DNA of 64,000 nt. Source: Eledone cirrhosa. Lineage: Eukaryota. The stretch spans positions 111,342 to 175,341 of the forward strand of contig CAXHJY010001547.1 in assembly GCA_964016885.1 (NCBI GenBank), given 5' to 3'. The notes under the pieces are model-generated. The model searched no databases and was not told where the DNA came from. It was given only the letters and a program-made list of their open reading frames with translations. Every line of letters begins with the position of its first letter. Within the stretch, counting starts at the first letter, position 1. Positions 63,042 through 64,000 of this stretch are shown piece by piece. Position numbers and translations under genes: made by a program.

Positions 63042-64000
63042 GAATTATATTTAATAAAAAATTATATTTAAATACAAATTATAATTAATAACAAATTATA
63101 TTTAATAACAAATTATATTTAAATACAAATTATAATTAATAACAAATTATATTTAATAACAAATTATATTTAAATACAAATTATAATTAATAACAAATTA
63201 TATTTAATAATAAATTATATTTAAATACAAATTATAATTAATAACAAATTATATTTAATAACAAATTATATTTAAATACAAATTATAATTAATAACAAAT
63301 TATATTTAATAAGAAATTATATTTAAATACAAATTATAATTAATAACAAATTATATTTAAAAACAAATTATATTTAAATACAAATTATAATTAATAACAA
63401 ATTATATTTAATAACAAATTATATTTAAATACAAATTATAATTAATAACAAATTATATTTAATAACAAATTATATTTAAATACAAATTATAATTAATAAC
63501 AAATTATATTTAATAACAAATTATATTTAAATACAAATTATAATTAATAACAAATTATATTTAATAACAAATTATATTTAAATACAAATTATAATTAATA
63601 ACAAATTATATTTAATAACAAATTATATTTAAATACAAATTATAATTAATAACAAATTATATTTAATAACAAATTATATTTAAATACAAATTATAATTAA
63701 TAACAAATTATATTTAATAACAACTTATATTTAAATACAAATTATAATTAATAACAAATTATATTTAATAAGAAATTATATTTAAATACAAATTATAATT
63801 AATAACAAATTATATTTAATAACAAATTATATTTAAATACAAATTATAATTAATAACAAATTATATTTAATAACAAATTATATTTAAATACAAATTATAA
63901 TTAATAACAAATTATATTTAATAAGAAATTATATTTAAATACAAATTATAATTAATAACAAATTATATTTAATAACAAATTATATTTAAATACAAATTAT
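63042..64000. repeat. AT-rich 51-bp satellite (3 x 17-bp subunits), >=18 copies, runs off the window
   Basis: AAATTATATTTAATAAC-AAATTATATTTAAATAC-AAATTATAATTAATAAC; AAATAC recurs at 63070, 63121 and 63172. Confidence 0.95.

Overview
Eukaryotic, repeat-dominated DNA with no recognisable intact host gene. The SINE content resembles octopus/cephalopod repeats (inference). (1) 1-11.4 kb is a mosaic of Penelope-like element (PLE) pieces separated by (TA)n tracts: a decayed RT+GIY-YIG ORF, two further GIY-YIG fragments and many pLTR-like pieces. I read 12 type I hammerhead-ribozyme (HHR) motifs there, from about 8 sequence families. They include one HHR per unit of a 466-bp tandem repeat (retrozyme-like) and one with a compensatory U3-A8 core. 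(2) 8.9-12.9 kb holds decayed RTE-like and CRE-like LINE pieces and a degenerate (TTAGGG)n tract. (3) 12,973-60,135 is a ~786-copy 60-bp satellite with nested higher-order repeats and 18 +1 versus 18 -1 monomers. It also has a Met-less minus-strand frame, missed by the ORF track, that stays open into both unique flanks. (4) 60.4-64 kb has SINEs and three more tandem arrays (~73 bp, 31 bp, 51 bp = 3x17). All calls were made by eye; no searches or folding were run.
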